Assembly: GCF_963921235.1 (NCBI RefSeq)
Contig: NC_086097.1
Span: forward strand, 114,578,001-114,642,000
Source: Mobula hypostoma
Taxonomy: Eukaryota
Direction: 5' to 3'
Length of the DNA: 64,000 nucleotides
The notes under the pieces were generated by a model that was not told where the DNA came from, ran no database searches, and worked only from the letters and a program-made list of their open reading frames with translations. The position numbers and the translations under genes are program-made. Shown one piece after another: positions 24,715-36,765 of this stretch (position 1 is its first letter; the number at the start of each line of letters is the position of its first letter).

Positions 24715-25720
24715 CCATGTACACAAGAGATTCTACAGATGGAAATCTTGTGTGTAGTGATTGTCCTCGCTGACAATCAACAAACACAAAACGCTGGAGG
24801 AACTCAGCAAGATAGGCAGCACTTATAGAGGGGAATAAACAGGTTGACGGTTTGGGGCATGACCCTTCGACAGGACTGAAAAGGAAGAGGGCAGAAGCCA
24901 GAATAAAATGATGGGGGAAGGGAATGAGTACGAGCTGGCAGATAATAGGTGAAACCAGGTGAGGGGGAAGCTGAGTGAGTAGGTGAATGGGGATGATTTA
25001 GGGAGCTGGGAGGTGATAGGTGGAAGCAATAAAGGGCTGACAAAGAAATCTAATAGGAGAGGGCAGTGGACAACGGAAGAAAGGAAAGGAGGAGGGGAAC
25101 CAGAGGAAGGTAATAGCCAGATCGTGGGTGCAGGTGTGGAGAAAAGAAAGGGTGAGAGGGTAACCAGAATGGGAAATGGGAGAAGAGAAGAGGAGGAAGA
25201 GGGAGGAATTAACAGAAGTTAGAAAAATCAATATTCATATACTAAAGTAATAGACACACGCGTATGCAAAACACTGGAGGAACTGAAGCAGGTCAGGCAG
25301 CACCTACAGAAAGGAATAAAGAGTCAGCAATTCGGGCTGAGGCCTGTCATCAGGACTGGAAAGAAAGGAGGAAGAGGCCAGAATAAGAAGGTGGGAGTGG
25401 TGGTGGGGGGGGGGGGGGGAAGAGAGAAAGGAGTACAGGCTGGAAGACCAAAACAGGTGAGGGAAGGGATAAGGTGGGTGGATGGGAGAGGGGTGATGAA
25501 GTAAGAAGCTGGGAGGTGAGAGGTGGTAGAGGTAAAGGGCTGAAGAAGGAAGAATCTGACAGAAAAGCAGAGTGGATCACGGGAGAAAGGAAAGGAGGAG
25601 AGCCAACAGAGGGAGGTGATAGACAGGTGAGGAGAAGGGGTAAAAGGTTAGCCAAAATGGGGAATGGTAAAGGAGAGAGAGGGGAGGAGGGACAAATTAC
25701 TGGAAGTTGGAGAATTGGAT
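24715..25720 (-). mobile_element. Two tandem diverged Penelope pLTR remnants
   Basis: Repeated CTGGAGGAACT..AGGCAGCA..CAGGACTG..purine-rich blocks at about 24780-25235 and 25265-25715. Confidence 0.7.
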
Positions 25721-25853
25721 TTACAGTATATGACAGTTCAATATGTAACATTACAAGTGAAATCTTTGTGATACACATTGCCACAAGCTGGATTTAACTG
25801 ATCCCTTGCAAAAGGCTTTAGGGTTTGATAATACTTACTATTGGTTATATTAG

Positions 25854-26593
25854 TGACACCCCTTTTTACTGGGCTTCTCTAGAGATGCGGATCGTTAGCT
25901 GCTCGCTAACAGCCACTGAACTCAGCATTGAGAAAACCACCTTTCACAAACCCTGTACAACATGACTTGGGTCCTACCAAAACCAGGAAGTTGAGATGTC
26001 TTGACCAACTGAACCCTGATTGGTGCAAATACTGTATAAATACTGCCCTCATGCAATTAGCCTTCAGCTAGAAATAACAGATCATACAGTACAAATAGTT
26101 ATAAAGGAAGTGTATTTATGAATGTCAACTTAACCAAATCATTATTAAAGAAGAAAGAGAAAAACAAAAGGACCCATTATAATTAAAACAGTCAAATGAG
26201 CAACAGGTTGGAGCTCAGATCTTCCAAAAGCTGGATGTGTCCCTTACTCATGGCACCAACACCTATTCACCAATCACCGGTGTTCCCATCTTGGACTCCA
26301 TCGAACCACGCATTGCAGTTGGATTCTATGGTCGGTTCTCTCGGCTTCTTGTCTCTCCATCTCCCGCTGAAACGACCTGAACCCATCCCACTCACAAAAC
26401 CTCTCCACCCAGCTTTCTCTAGAACCTTCTTCCAATTCCGCCATCCTAACTGGCTGACTCGACATTCCTAAGCTGAACATCACAACCCCTTGCCTTTAAC
26501 GGTAACCCAAACACTACCAGCAGAACACACTGCTCCTGCAGAAAGCCATTAAATGAACTACCGGAGCAGTAAGATCTTAACCAGGGCATTACA
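25854..26593. mobile_element. Probable solo LTR
   Basis: Begins TG(ACACCCC), ends (GGGCATTA)CA, flanked by a 4-bp TTAG direct repeat; CCAAT- and TATA-like motifs near 26017-26042. Confidence 0.55.
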
Positions 26594-27256
26594 TTAGGAA
26601 AAGCTGGGAATTCACCTCAACACAAAGATAAATATCAGCGTGGGCCAAGAGGGAGGAAGGGAAAGAGGGAAGGATAGATAAATAAGAATTTATGATAAAT
26701 AAGTAATTTGAAGACTATTCATTTTCAACTGGCCAGAACAACAACTTAAAATTAAAGATGGTAATAATTTTATACAATTAATTTTCAGGTGTGTACACAA
26801 TTCATTATTGTTCTATCACTTCTTCTCCTCTCCCTCCCTTTTTACGATACTCCTTGCAATTCTAAAGTGGCCACTTTAGGTACGCCTTGTACAGCTGCTC
26901 GTTAATGCAAATATCTAATCAGTCCAATGTGTGGCAGCAGCACAATTTATAAAAGCATGCAGACATGGTCAAGGGGTTCAGTTACTGTCCAGACCAAACA
27001 TCAGAATGGGGAAGAAAAGTGACTTTGACAGTGTCAAGATGATAGGTAGTTTGAGTATCTCAGAAACCGCTGATCTCCTGAGAGTTTCATGCATAAGCGT
27101 TACAGAGAACAGTGTGAAAAACAAACAACATCCAGTGAGCAAACGTTCTGTGGGCAAAAACACCTTGTTACTGAGAGAGGTCAGAGGAGAATGGCCAGAC
27201 TGGTTCCAGCTGACAGACTGGCAACAGTATCACAAATAACCACACGTTACACAACA

Positions 27257-28116
27257 CACATCAAAGTTGCTGGTGAGCGCAGCAGGCCAGGCAGCATCTC
27301 TAGGAAGAGGTACAGTCGACGTTTCGGGCCGAGACCCTTCGTCAGGACTAACTGAAGGAAGAGCTAGTAAGAGATTTGAAAGTGGAAGGGGGAGATCCAA
27401 AATGATAGGAGAAGACAGGAGGGGGAGGGATGGAGCCAAGAGCTGGACAGGTGATTGGCAAAAGGGATATGAGAGGATCATGGGACAGGAGGCCCAGGGA
27501 GAAAGAAAAGGGGGGGGAACCCAGAGGATGGGCAAGGGGTATAGCCAGAGGGACAGAGGGAGAAAAAGGAGAGAGCGAGAAAGAATGTATGTATATAAAT
27601 AAATAAAGGATGGGGTACGAGGGGGAGGTGGGGCATTAGTGGAAGTTAGAGAAGTCAATGTTCATGCCATCAGGTTGGAGGCTACCCAGACGGAATATAA
27701 GGTGTTGTTCCTCCAAGCTGAGTGTGGCTTCATCTTTACAGTAGAGGAGGCCGTGGATAGACATGTCAGAATGGGAATGGGATGTGGAATTAAAATGTGT
27801 GGCCACTGGGAGATCCTGCTTTCTCTGGCGAACAGAGTGTAGGTGTTCAGCGAAAGTCTCCCAGTCTGCGTCGGGTCTCGCCAATATATAGAAGGCCACA
27901 TTTGGAGTACCGGATGCAGTATATCACCCCAGCCGACTCACAGGTGAAGTGTCGCCTCACCTGGAAGGACTGTCTGGGGCCCTGAATGGTGGTAAGGGAG
28001 AAAGTGTAAGGGCATGTGTAGCACTTGTTCTGCTTACAAGGATAAGAGCCAGGAGGGAGATCAGTGGGGAGGGATGGGGGGGACGAACGGACAAGGGAGT
28101 CGTGTAGGGAGTGATC
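27257..28116 (-). mobile_element. 5'-truncated Penelope-like retroelement (GIY-YIG endonuclease C-terminus plus pLTR)
   Basis: CKQNKCYTC...GVIYCIRYSKCGLLYIGETRRRL...EHL...VATHFN...EEQHLIFRLGSLQPDGMN. TSD CA(C/T)GTTACACAACA at 27243-27256 and 28117-28130. Confidence 0.92.
27314..27349 (-). ncRNA. Minimal hammerhead ribozyme motif (Penelope pLTR)
   Basis: AGUC-CUGACGA-AGGGUCUCGGCCC-GAAAC-GUC-GACU, core intact. Confidence 0.85.
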
Positions 28117-28361
28117 CATGTTACACAACAGTGGTGTTGAGAAGAGAATCTCTGAAACGACACATCCAAACCTGAAGTGGACGGGCTATAGCAGCAAACA
28201 TACACTGTGCCCAGTTAATTAGGTACAGGAGGCACATAATAAAGTGGCCGTTTAAATACAAAAAAAATTGCAAAACCTAAAATAGAGATTAATACTTGAC
28301 AACTTCGGTTAATATCATACATATATTTATATAAAGATGTACATGCACAAGAAAAACTTAC

Positions 28362-28424
28362 CTGTTATGCCAATCCCAACCAACACGACGAGAAGATAGG
28401 TAAGGTCTTTTCCAGCTTCTTTCA
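28362..28424 (-). CDS. TIMM21: TIMM21 coding exon 2 (transmembrane segment)
   Basis: ttcag|...|gtaagt, 63 bp, encodes (V)KEAGKDLTYLLVVLVGIGIT(G), matching recalled Tim21 [22 protein letters not shown]. Confidence 0.95.
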
Positions 28425-28814
28425 CTGAAGCATTCAAGGATTTGAAACGTGTTAGTCAATTAACAGTAAATCTTGTGGTTTTAAAATAATAAGCAACCTG
28501 AGAACAGTTCTGTTAATCATTTGTGAGTGTTTACATGGAAAAGTACTTAATTTTTAGAATATAAATTGATTGCTTTCTACATTTAAAATAAAAAATTGCT
28601 TTTACATTTCTTATTTCATTTATTCAGGAGTAATTTGAAATTGTTGCTTCACCACAACAAAGCTAGCTACTTTGTAATTCCTCATTTATTTCGGCATCTC
28701 AAAGTAATAGTCCAATTTAGTAGCACCGCATAATGTTCACAAATCAAAAAGTTAAAAATATCTGAGAATTGTATTTTTATCATCATAGGAAAGATTCTAC
28801 CCATATACCTATCT

Positions 28815-29440
28815 ACTGGTGGTGAGCAGAGCAAATGCAATGTTTTAGCATTCAATTCGAGAGGACTAGAATATCAAAGCAAGGATGTAATGTTGAGGCT
28901 TTATAAAGCACAGATAAGGCTCCAGTTGGAGTACTGTGAGCAGTTTTCTGTCCCTTATCTAAGAAAGGATGTGCTGACATTGGAGAGGGTTCAAAGGAAG
29001 TTCACAAACATGATTCTGAGATGGAAAGACTTGTCTAATGAGAAGTATTTGCCTCTACTCACTGGAATTCAGACAAATGAGGGGTGACCTCATTGAAACC
29101 TACAGAATGGTGAAAGGCCTTGATAGAGTGGATGTGGAGAGGATGCTGGGGGAATCTAAGACCAGAGGACAGAGCCTCAAGATAGAAGGACATCCTTTCA
29201 GAACAGAGATGAGGAGGAATTTCTTTAGCCAGAGGGTGGTGAATCTGTGGAATTTGTTGCCACAGATGGCTGTGGAGGCCAAGTTATTGGGTATACTTAA
29301 GGCAGAGGTTAGTCAGGGCATGAATAGATATGTGCAGAATGCAGGAGATGCGAGGAAAAATGGATCAGGCATGGTGAAATGGCAGAGCAGGCACAAAGGG
29401 CCAATAATTCCACTCCTATATCTTATAGGATTATGGTCTT
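28815..29440 (+). mobile_element. CR1 3' fragment
   Basis: LRLYKA..LEYCEQF, RGDLIETY, RRNFFSQRVVNLWNLLP. Confidence 0.88.
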
Positions 29441-30994
29441 GTATTATTTATGTTTATTATCTATTTCTTGGAAATAAGAGGAAGGATTGAATATAACGCT
29501 CAGTAATACATCATTCTCCATTTTTCAGATCTGGTATGAAAGTGGGACAATAAGAATAACCACAGGGATGAGGGACAAGTTGTCTAAAATGGATTGGGAA
29601 AATATCTGTAGGTTAAGAGACAGACAAGAAATATCTCATAATTCCCAATGAATATAACATCCACTGGGAAATAAAGACCCCATTGGAAAAGTAGTCCATC
29701 CATGGCTAATTAAAAACAAAGGATAACAAAGGACATTAATATGAAAAAGTTTTATAGAGTTACAAAGATTAACAGTAGGGCAGAGGACTGGGAGATCTTC
29801 ATAATGCACAACTCATATATAAAAAAAGAAAATATGTGTATAAATTACAAACATTTCCAAGAATACAAAGAATGTTACAGAAGATTAAAAATAGGGAATA
29901 AGGAAACACCAGTACTATCAGACAGTAAGTGGCATCCATCACCAGAGCAAGGCGTAGAAAACATAAAAATGCATGTGAACAAGTGGCTACCGGGAACAAA
30001 GACTCATAAAAAATACTCTTAAGTAAAGCGATTAAGTTCGAAAGGGACTATGTGCAGACAAATCATCTGAACAGAGGTGGCAACAGTGATAATGGATGTA
30101 TTGGTTGTAATCTTGTAAACTAGATTCGGCAATAGACCTGGGAGATAGAAAAACAGCAAACACAACACCATTAATGAAGAAAATGAGGAGGCAAAAAGGC
30201 TGCATTTTAAGTACTAGTTAGCCTAACATCTGTTACGAGAATACTGGAATGCATTAAGACCGTGATAATGCAAAACTTAATGATTCTATAGCAACTGCAT
30301 AATTACCCTCTCAGTTCCTATTACTTATCGACAAAGGAATGCATATCACTTTCTTTTGACTTAAAAGAACAGAATCAGTGCCTACAACCTATTGCAGATA
30401 ATGGACTGCCTTCAAACAATGTTGTCGATGATCGCATTCTCCAATTCTTCATTCTTAATTGTTGACATTCACAATGATTATCGTGAACAGTAATAATGCA
30501 GGGTCAGGCTGGTTAGGTCAGAGATCATCAATGAAAATGAGTAAAGAGTCAACGTATCAGGCCGATCGTATCCCTAGTACAATGAGGACTGGAAAGGACA
30601 GACACATTACTTTTCAACAACCATAATGCACTTAGAGCAAAGTATAAGGGAACGGTGGGTTAGCAAGAGATGAGATGATTATGTGATCATTCAGTTCTTA
30701 AATTTAGCCTGTAATCCTTCAGATGCCCCCCACTGCTCCCTATATTTATATTGCCCCCTAAGAAATGCCCACTGCCAAGCCGGGGAGGGGTGAAACCTCC
30801 CACTTTGGGAACCACTGCTTGAAACAATGTGGCCTGTATAATACAAAGAGTATTTCTTAATCTATCAATCATTTCAAGTTGCATTATGGAAAACACCTGG
30901 CATAGCAGAACTACCTGTATTTCATTATATTAAAAAACTACTTGAACAAAACAGAGAAAAAGTCTTGGAATATGCTCCCGAAATGGGTTACCAT

Positions 30995-31555
30995 CTGGTC
31001 ATGATCTTCCAAGAATCACTTGATTCTACTGTATTGTCAACAGTTTTGGGGCCCCATATCTCAGAAAGGGACAGAGTCCAGAGGAGGTTCACAAGGATGA
31101 TTACAGGAATGAAGAGGTTAACATTTGAGGAGCATTTGGCAGCTTTGGGCCTGTACTCACTGGAATTTAGAAGAATGTAGGCGGATCTCATTGAAACCTA
31201 CCAACTGTTGAAAGGACTAGATAGGGTGGACATCGAGAGGATGTTTTCTATGATGGTGATATCCAGAACTAAAGGGCACAGCCTCAAAATTGAAGGGTGA
31301 CCTTTTAGAACAGAGATAAGGAGGGAGCACTGAATCTGTGGAATGTTCTGCCACAGACTGCGGTAGAGGCCAAGTCCGTGAGTATACATAAGGCGGAAAT
31401 TGAGAGTTTCCTGATTGGTCAAGGCATAAAAGGATATGGTGAGAAGGCAGGTGTATGGGGTTGAGTGGGATCCAGACTCAGCCATGATAGAATGGTGGAG
31501 CAGACTCAATAGGCTGAATGGTCTAATTCTGCTCCTATGTCTTATAGTCTTATGA
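30995..31555 (+). mobile_element. CR1 3' fragment
   Basis: RVQRRFTRMI...LGLYSLEFRRM and the CR1 3' UTR. Confidence 0.85.
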
Positions 31556-33509
31556 CTCGTCTTCTCCACAGACAGCCACGAAACAAAGAAAACCATGGAA
31601 TGCATTCAAAGAAAAACATCAAGCCCCCAACCATGTGCAAAAAAAAGAAACAAAGTGTGCAATGGCAGCCAAATAAAAAGGGGACAAAACACAATATAAA
31701 ACACAAAATCGAAAGAGACCAGGCACATTCTGTTCACCTCAGTGTTTGTTACTTCAGGTCGCCCCAAGTCAAAATCACCCAAAATAGTAACAAAAAAAAG
31801 GAGTGACCAGAAAACAAAAATACATCGTAATGTAAACTACAGAGTCCAAACCACAAACCCAAGGTCTCCGTTGTGCTCTGTGAACCCATCACCAGATAAC
31901 ATCTAGCAGACTGAGGACTTCATCTTGCAGCTCAAGATTGGACATCGTCATCAGTTGAACAATATTCCACCATAATCACAACCTCATTGTTGAACATAAC
32001 ACTCGGGACCATTCAGCAGATCATGGAAATGTGCCTCCCTTCCACGGTCTCTGTCTGTACTTCTCGCTATCTCAGTGAAGCAGTCTGTATAATCAAAGAC
32101 CCCAACCACCCCAAATATTCTCTCCTCTCCCCTCTATCAGGCAGAGAAGCCTGAAAGCATTTACCACTAGTCTCAAGGACAGTTTCTTCCCCGCTGTTAT
32201 AAGGCTATTAAATGGTTCTCTAGTACAATGAGATGGATTCTTGTCTTCACAATCTACCTTGTAATGACTGTGCACCTCACTGCTTATCTGCATTGCACTT
32301 TCGCTAGTCCTGCTACTGTTACTATTTTACCTCATCCTACCTTAATGTACTGAATTGATCTCTACGAACAGTATGCAAGACAAACATTTCACTGTACTTC
32401 AGTACATGCCACAAAAATAAACCAATAGCAATTCCAAGGAAATGTTCAGGCCTACCAAAAGACCATGTCAACCCTATGAAGATTCAGGTCAGAACCACAT
32501 AATCCTAAATTTAATTACGTCCTGTTACACCCTTAGGGCAGCAATGAAGCTCCTCCATCTTTGACTGTATAGAAGGATTCTTCATTGCTGTTTCCATAAA
32601 ATTGCTTTTTGACCAGTCAGGGTTGTTAGCTCTGAACTGGCATCCTAAACAGAGGAAGCAATATGTTATAGATGTTTATATAATCCCTCAATCACCATTC
32701 CTGATTGGATGAGGCAGGGATTGATCGCACGTAGGATCACGTGACTGCCTATAGCATATTACTTGTACTGTTCAAAATGTATATACATCATTGTCACATT
32801 AGTACGTCCTTTTTTGGTTACACTTCAACACATTCTTGGCATTATCTATATACTACTAAAATACTCATGCTCTGTTTGTGACCTCCAATTAGCCCGAATG
32901 GTGCAATACAGCGGCACCTTTTTTGACTAAAACGACTTAAAATGTGCTAACTTACAGAATGTATGCAAAGTTCAGGGTTATATATTCGAATAAAATTGCT
33001 CACTCGTCAATCAACAGGCCCCACTTTCCACAACCTGAGCCGATTCCAGCTTTAATGGAAACCGCAACATGACACCTCGACGCATGCGCACGGCCAACCT
33101 CAGCAGCTCCTCACGATGCTCACAGATCCAATTCCACCTTTCATGGAAACCACGACGCATGCATACGGCCAGCCTCAGCAGCTCTTCATGATGCTCACAG
33201 CAGCGACACCTACCGGAGCAAAAGGGCAGGGCAGCTCTATTTCGAGGGGTCACATTCTGCTAATCATCATCATCATGTGCAGAATTGGGACAGATCAAAC
33301 CACGACCCATCAATAAGAGATAATTAAATCTTACTGTAATGAAGTACTTCGAAATACCCACCAAACCCTTTGCTGCAGTCAAAGGACAGCGGAGACGATA
33401 TCACGTCCATTTAGGAGAGCGCTAACCATATCATCAAGAGAAATCAGCATCCTGGAGGCTTTGGTGTTATTGTTTCGTATCTTCTATCCAGCATTAAGGT
33501 AAAAAAAAT

Positions 33510-33905
33510 ATGGTCAGCCTAATTATGCCGTGTGGAAAGAGAAGGGGGACATTACGGTCAAGAGATTACGCCAAACGTCGTTGGGAAGCGGCAAGGAGAG
33601 GGAGCGAACAAGAATTGGATGAGGTCAGGGCCGCACGACTCCAGGATCAAAGAGTCAGGACAAAAAAGATAAAACAAGAGACAGAGGAGGAGAGGCATGC
33701 ACATCTCCAAAATGACAACAACTGGCACAGAAGGAGGAGAGAACAAGAATCGGATCAGGCCAGGGCTGCACGACTCCAGGATCAGAGAGAAAGAACAAAT
33801 GGTAGAACAGTTGAAGAGACGAAGGATGAAAAGGCTGCACATCTCCAGAATGACAACAACTGCCAACAAAGTTGCTGTCATTATACCGAACAGCATCGAA
33901 CCTGA
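33510..33905 (+). pseudogene. Helitron RepHel N-terminal fragment with STPR-like repeats
   Basis: EQELDEVRAARLQDQR / ETEEERHAHLQND / EQESDQARAARLQDQR / ETKDEKAAHLQND; 135-bp (45-aa) period, i.e. pairs of 22-23-aa ETxEERxxRL-like repeats. Confidence 0.65.
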
Positions 33906-33917
33906 AGCAAGATCATG

Positions 33918-34323
33918 GCATCCCATAATTTCAATGAGGAACTTGGATCCACCAAGGCTTTGCAATGGAACGCGAATGATGGTGGAAGAACTGCACGACA
34001 ATCTCATTGTAGCAAAGATAAACACGGGTGCGTTCAAAAATGACATTGTCATGATCCCAAGAATTACTCTCAGTTTATCAGAAGGGGAAGATGTCCCTCT
34101 TCAGCGGAGCCAGTTCCCGATACAGTCATGCTTTGCTATGACTATACATAAGGCACAAGGCCAAACCATGGAGAACGTGTTGATTTATCTGGAGAAACCG
34201 GTATTCCAGCATGGTCAGCTGTATGTGGCTTTAACCCGGGGAAAAAGAAATGAAAACATTAGAGTATTCTTGAAGGGTGGCAGATCAACCAGAAATGTTG
34301 TCATCAAAAGTGTCCTTCGTTAA
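33918..34323 (+). pseudogene. Helitron PIF1-family (SF1) helicase C-terminal fragment
   Basis: RNLDPPRLCNGTR, IPRI, RSQFPIQSCFAMTIHKAQGQT, VFQHGQLYVALTR, TRNVV; no internal stops. Walker A/B and HUH Rep domain are absent. Confidence 0.9.
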
Positions 34324-35004
34324 ACGAGGAGGAGCTATATTTGTCTGGCTACCCGCCTTTCTTCTTTAATAAACTGAGCTTTTCTTCTTTAATTTCCAAA
34401 GCAAAGCGATAGCAATAGCATTCAGGGAAACCTAATGTTCATTCTGGTCACATCAGACTGCACTACCTTTCTCTCAAAGGGTGCCTCAATGGGTCATCCC
34501 GTTGTCTAGTTTTTTAACTAAAGAGCATGAACAGGGGGCTCAGTTACATTCCTACCTTCACCAATGGTGAGACTGACAAGGAGCAGAAAAAAATAGAAGT
34601 GAAGCATTATTCAGTTTTCGCCAGAAGTGCCAAGTGGACAATCAGCCTCAAATTCTTCACGAGGTCTCTACCAGCCCCACTATCACTACCTTCAACCACT
34701 TCTTTACTCCACATAGTAACGGGTAGCTGAACACACTGGATACAGTTTTTTCTGTCCCCCTAGGGTGGTGAACCTCTAGAATGTTCTGCTCTAGTGTTAT
34801 ACAAGCTAGCCCATTAGTGAGGGCTGTTGAGAACTGGCACAGGACTTAAGACCAGGGTTACCCAGCCATGATTATATTGATTAGCAGGACAGGCCTGAGG
34901 GTCCACATGGTCTATTCGTGCTAATTTCTTGCGTTCTTGGGTGAAGAACACAACGACAGGCTGGTGCAGTGCTGACAAGTCTGTACTCCTACATTAATCC
35001 CATC

Positions 35005-35465
35005 TCCATACAAGACCATAAGACATAGGAGCAGAATTAGGCCATTGGGCCCATTGATTCTGCTTCGCCGTTCCATCATGGAATCCCCCTCAACCCCAGG
35101 CTCCTGCCTTCTCCTCATACCCTTTGGTGCCCTTACTAATCAAGAAACTATCAACCTCCTCTCTAAATATATCCAATGACTTGGCCTCCACAGCTGTCTG
35201 TGGCAATGATTTCCACAGACTTACCACCCACTGGCTAAAGAAATTTCTCCTTAACTCTGTTCTAAAGGGACATCCTTGTATTCTGAGGCTGTGCCCTCTG
35301 GTCCTAGACACCCACACTGTAGGAAACATCCTCTCCATGTCCACTCTATCCAACAGGTTTCAATGAGATCCCCTCATTCTTCTAAACTCCAGCAAGTACA
35401 GGCCCAGAGCCATCAAATGCTCCGCCTATGTTAGCCCTTTCAGCCCCAGGATCATTCTCGCAAAT
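35005..35465 (-). mobile_element. CR1 3' fragment
   Basis: DRVDMERMFP..RTRGHSLRI..RRNFFSQ with a (ACCATAAG)-type tail. Confidence 0.88.
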
Positions 35466-35974
35466 CTCAGTCACTTGCCTCCCTCCAGACCATGATTCTG
35501 CCATATGTCTGAACACGGGCCAAATTTCAGAGGTGAAGCAAGAACTTAACATCAAACTGGCCTTTGGCCGAGCGTAGGGTCAGGAGCTGAAGTAAAATCT
35601 AAGATTACGCATGTTGAGAAGATGATTTCTCCACGGGCTGAAAGCCTACTTAGCAAATGACTGGGAAAATGACGGTGGTTGTAAAAAGCCACAGGAGTTT
35701 AATTGAAGAGGTCAGCTCCTTAGTTAACATTCACCAGCTGTTCCATCAACAGCTTTAGCTCCATTAAGATCAGAGTGGGGATGCTTGTTGATTATTGTAT
35801 GTAGAATCTGCAGTCAGGTAAAGGTTAAGGTAATATCCAGTCAAAGATATCTTTCAGACAGTGTGCAGTCAGCCGAGGCAAGAAAAGTCTTTGAAGAACA
35901 TCACAGCAGGGGACTGGACCCATCTGGCATACCGCGTAATTTCCAGAAACAGCTTAATTTCTATCTTTAATGTC

Positions 35975-36765
35975 TCCTTTTCAAGTTGGATGGTGTTCTG
36001 GCAGCTCCCTTGACCTGCACCTGCACTTAAACTGCGGTTCTTTAGGGCAACAGGACCTGCTCCTGGGGCTCACCAACCGGCTGTTTTCCGAAATCCCATG
36101 GGCACAGCCCAGAAAGCGAGCGTGCCTCCAGGGTTCTGACGCTTTGCAGCCCTGTGGACAAGCCGATTCCTGGCTGGTGTCGGTGACTGAAGTGTCACGG
36201 GAGAAAACGGAATATCGGGAATGGCACATCAGCTGTTGGTGGCCTCTGTACTCGGCGAAGCGCTCTCTTTCTCTCGTTGCTGGGGTAAGAGTTTGCTGCC
36301 GATTCTTGAGTCGGGAGAACTCGGGAGAAAAAGCGACAAGGCGGACTTTAACACCGTAATCAGAGAATTGTTCTGTTTTTGTCTCCCCTCTCACTGAGTG
36401 ACACCTCTCCGTCACTTTATTAAGGGGAGAGAGATAGCCTGTGTATGTCAATTTGCCAGGTGAACAATTAGCTATTGTTGTACTGCAGATCATGGTCTCT
36501 CGTTGGGGGCTTTGCTATTGCTTGCCTGGTGGATGGTGGGTGCTGATACTTCTTGCTGAAATAAGTGGGGGAGGGGGGAGGGTTGACGCTTTGCGGCTGC
36601 TTGTGCATGGGAGAGGGGAGAAGGGGACTTTTGGGATTTCTAACATTTTTACTGTCATTCATTCTTTGGGGTACTCCTGCTTTCATGGATGTCCCTGAGC
36701 AGCAAGAATTTCAAGCTGTACATTGTATACATTCTCTGATATTAAACAGAAATATTGAACTTCAA
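35975..36765 (+). repeat. Unclassified interspersed repeat with a LINE-like 3' tail
   Basis: CpG-rich body, ending ATTAAA...ATTGAAC like other LINE tails in the window; no recognisable protein. Confidence 0.4.

Larger units (their letters stand above)
26867..28250. mobile_element. Non-autonomous Tc1/mariner element hosting a Penelope insertion
   Basis: Ends AGTGGCCACTTTAGGTAC and AATAAAGTGGCC; same family as 6283-6801 in the opposite orientation. Confidence 0.75.
32845..34509 (+). mobile_element. Internally deleted Helitron (rolling-circle transposon)
   Basis: A|TCTATATACTACTAAAA 5' end; GC-rich subterminal hairpin (34479-34504) then CTAG|T; no TSD; contains RepHel N- and C-terminal remnants. 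Confidence 0.88.

Noticed and set aside
30690..30818. hAT MITE ending GGGAACCACTG
   Set aside because: Only one convincing TIR and no TSD could be read.
32695..32750. CCAAT plus TCACGTGAC cluster as an internal promoter
   Set aside because: Short motifs without a CpG island or linked exon; cannot be distinguished from chance or repeat-derived sequence.
33697..34323. Cellular PIF1 helicase gene
   Set aside because: Intronless C-terminal fragment lacking Walker motifs, enclosed by Helitron termini; the first ~70 aa of the ORF are an alternative frame of the STPR-like repeats.
35970..36493. ORFs of 129-170 aa in CpG-rich sequence (also 44641-45210)
   Set aside because: No recognisable domains or splice structure; they lie within interspersed-repeat-like sequence with LINE-type tails.
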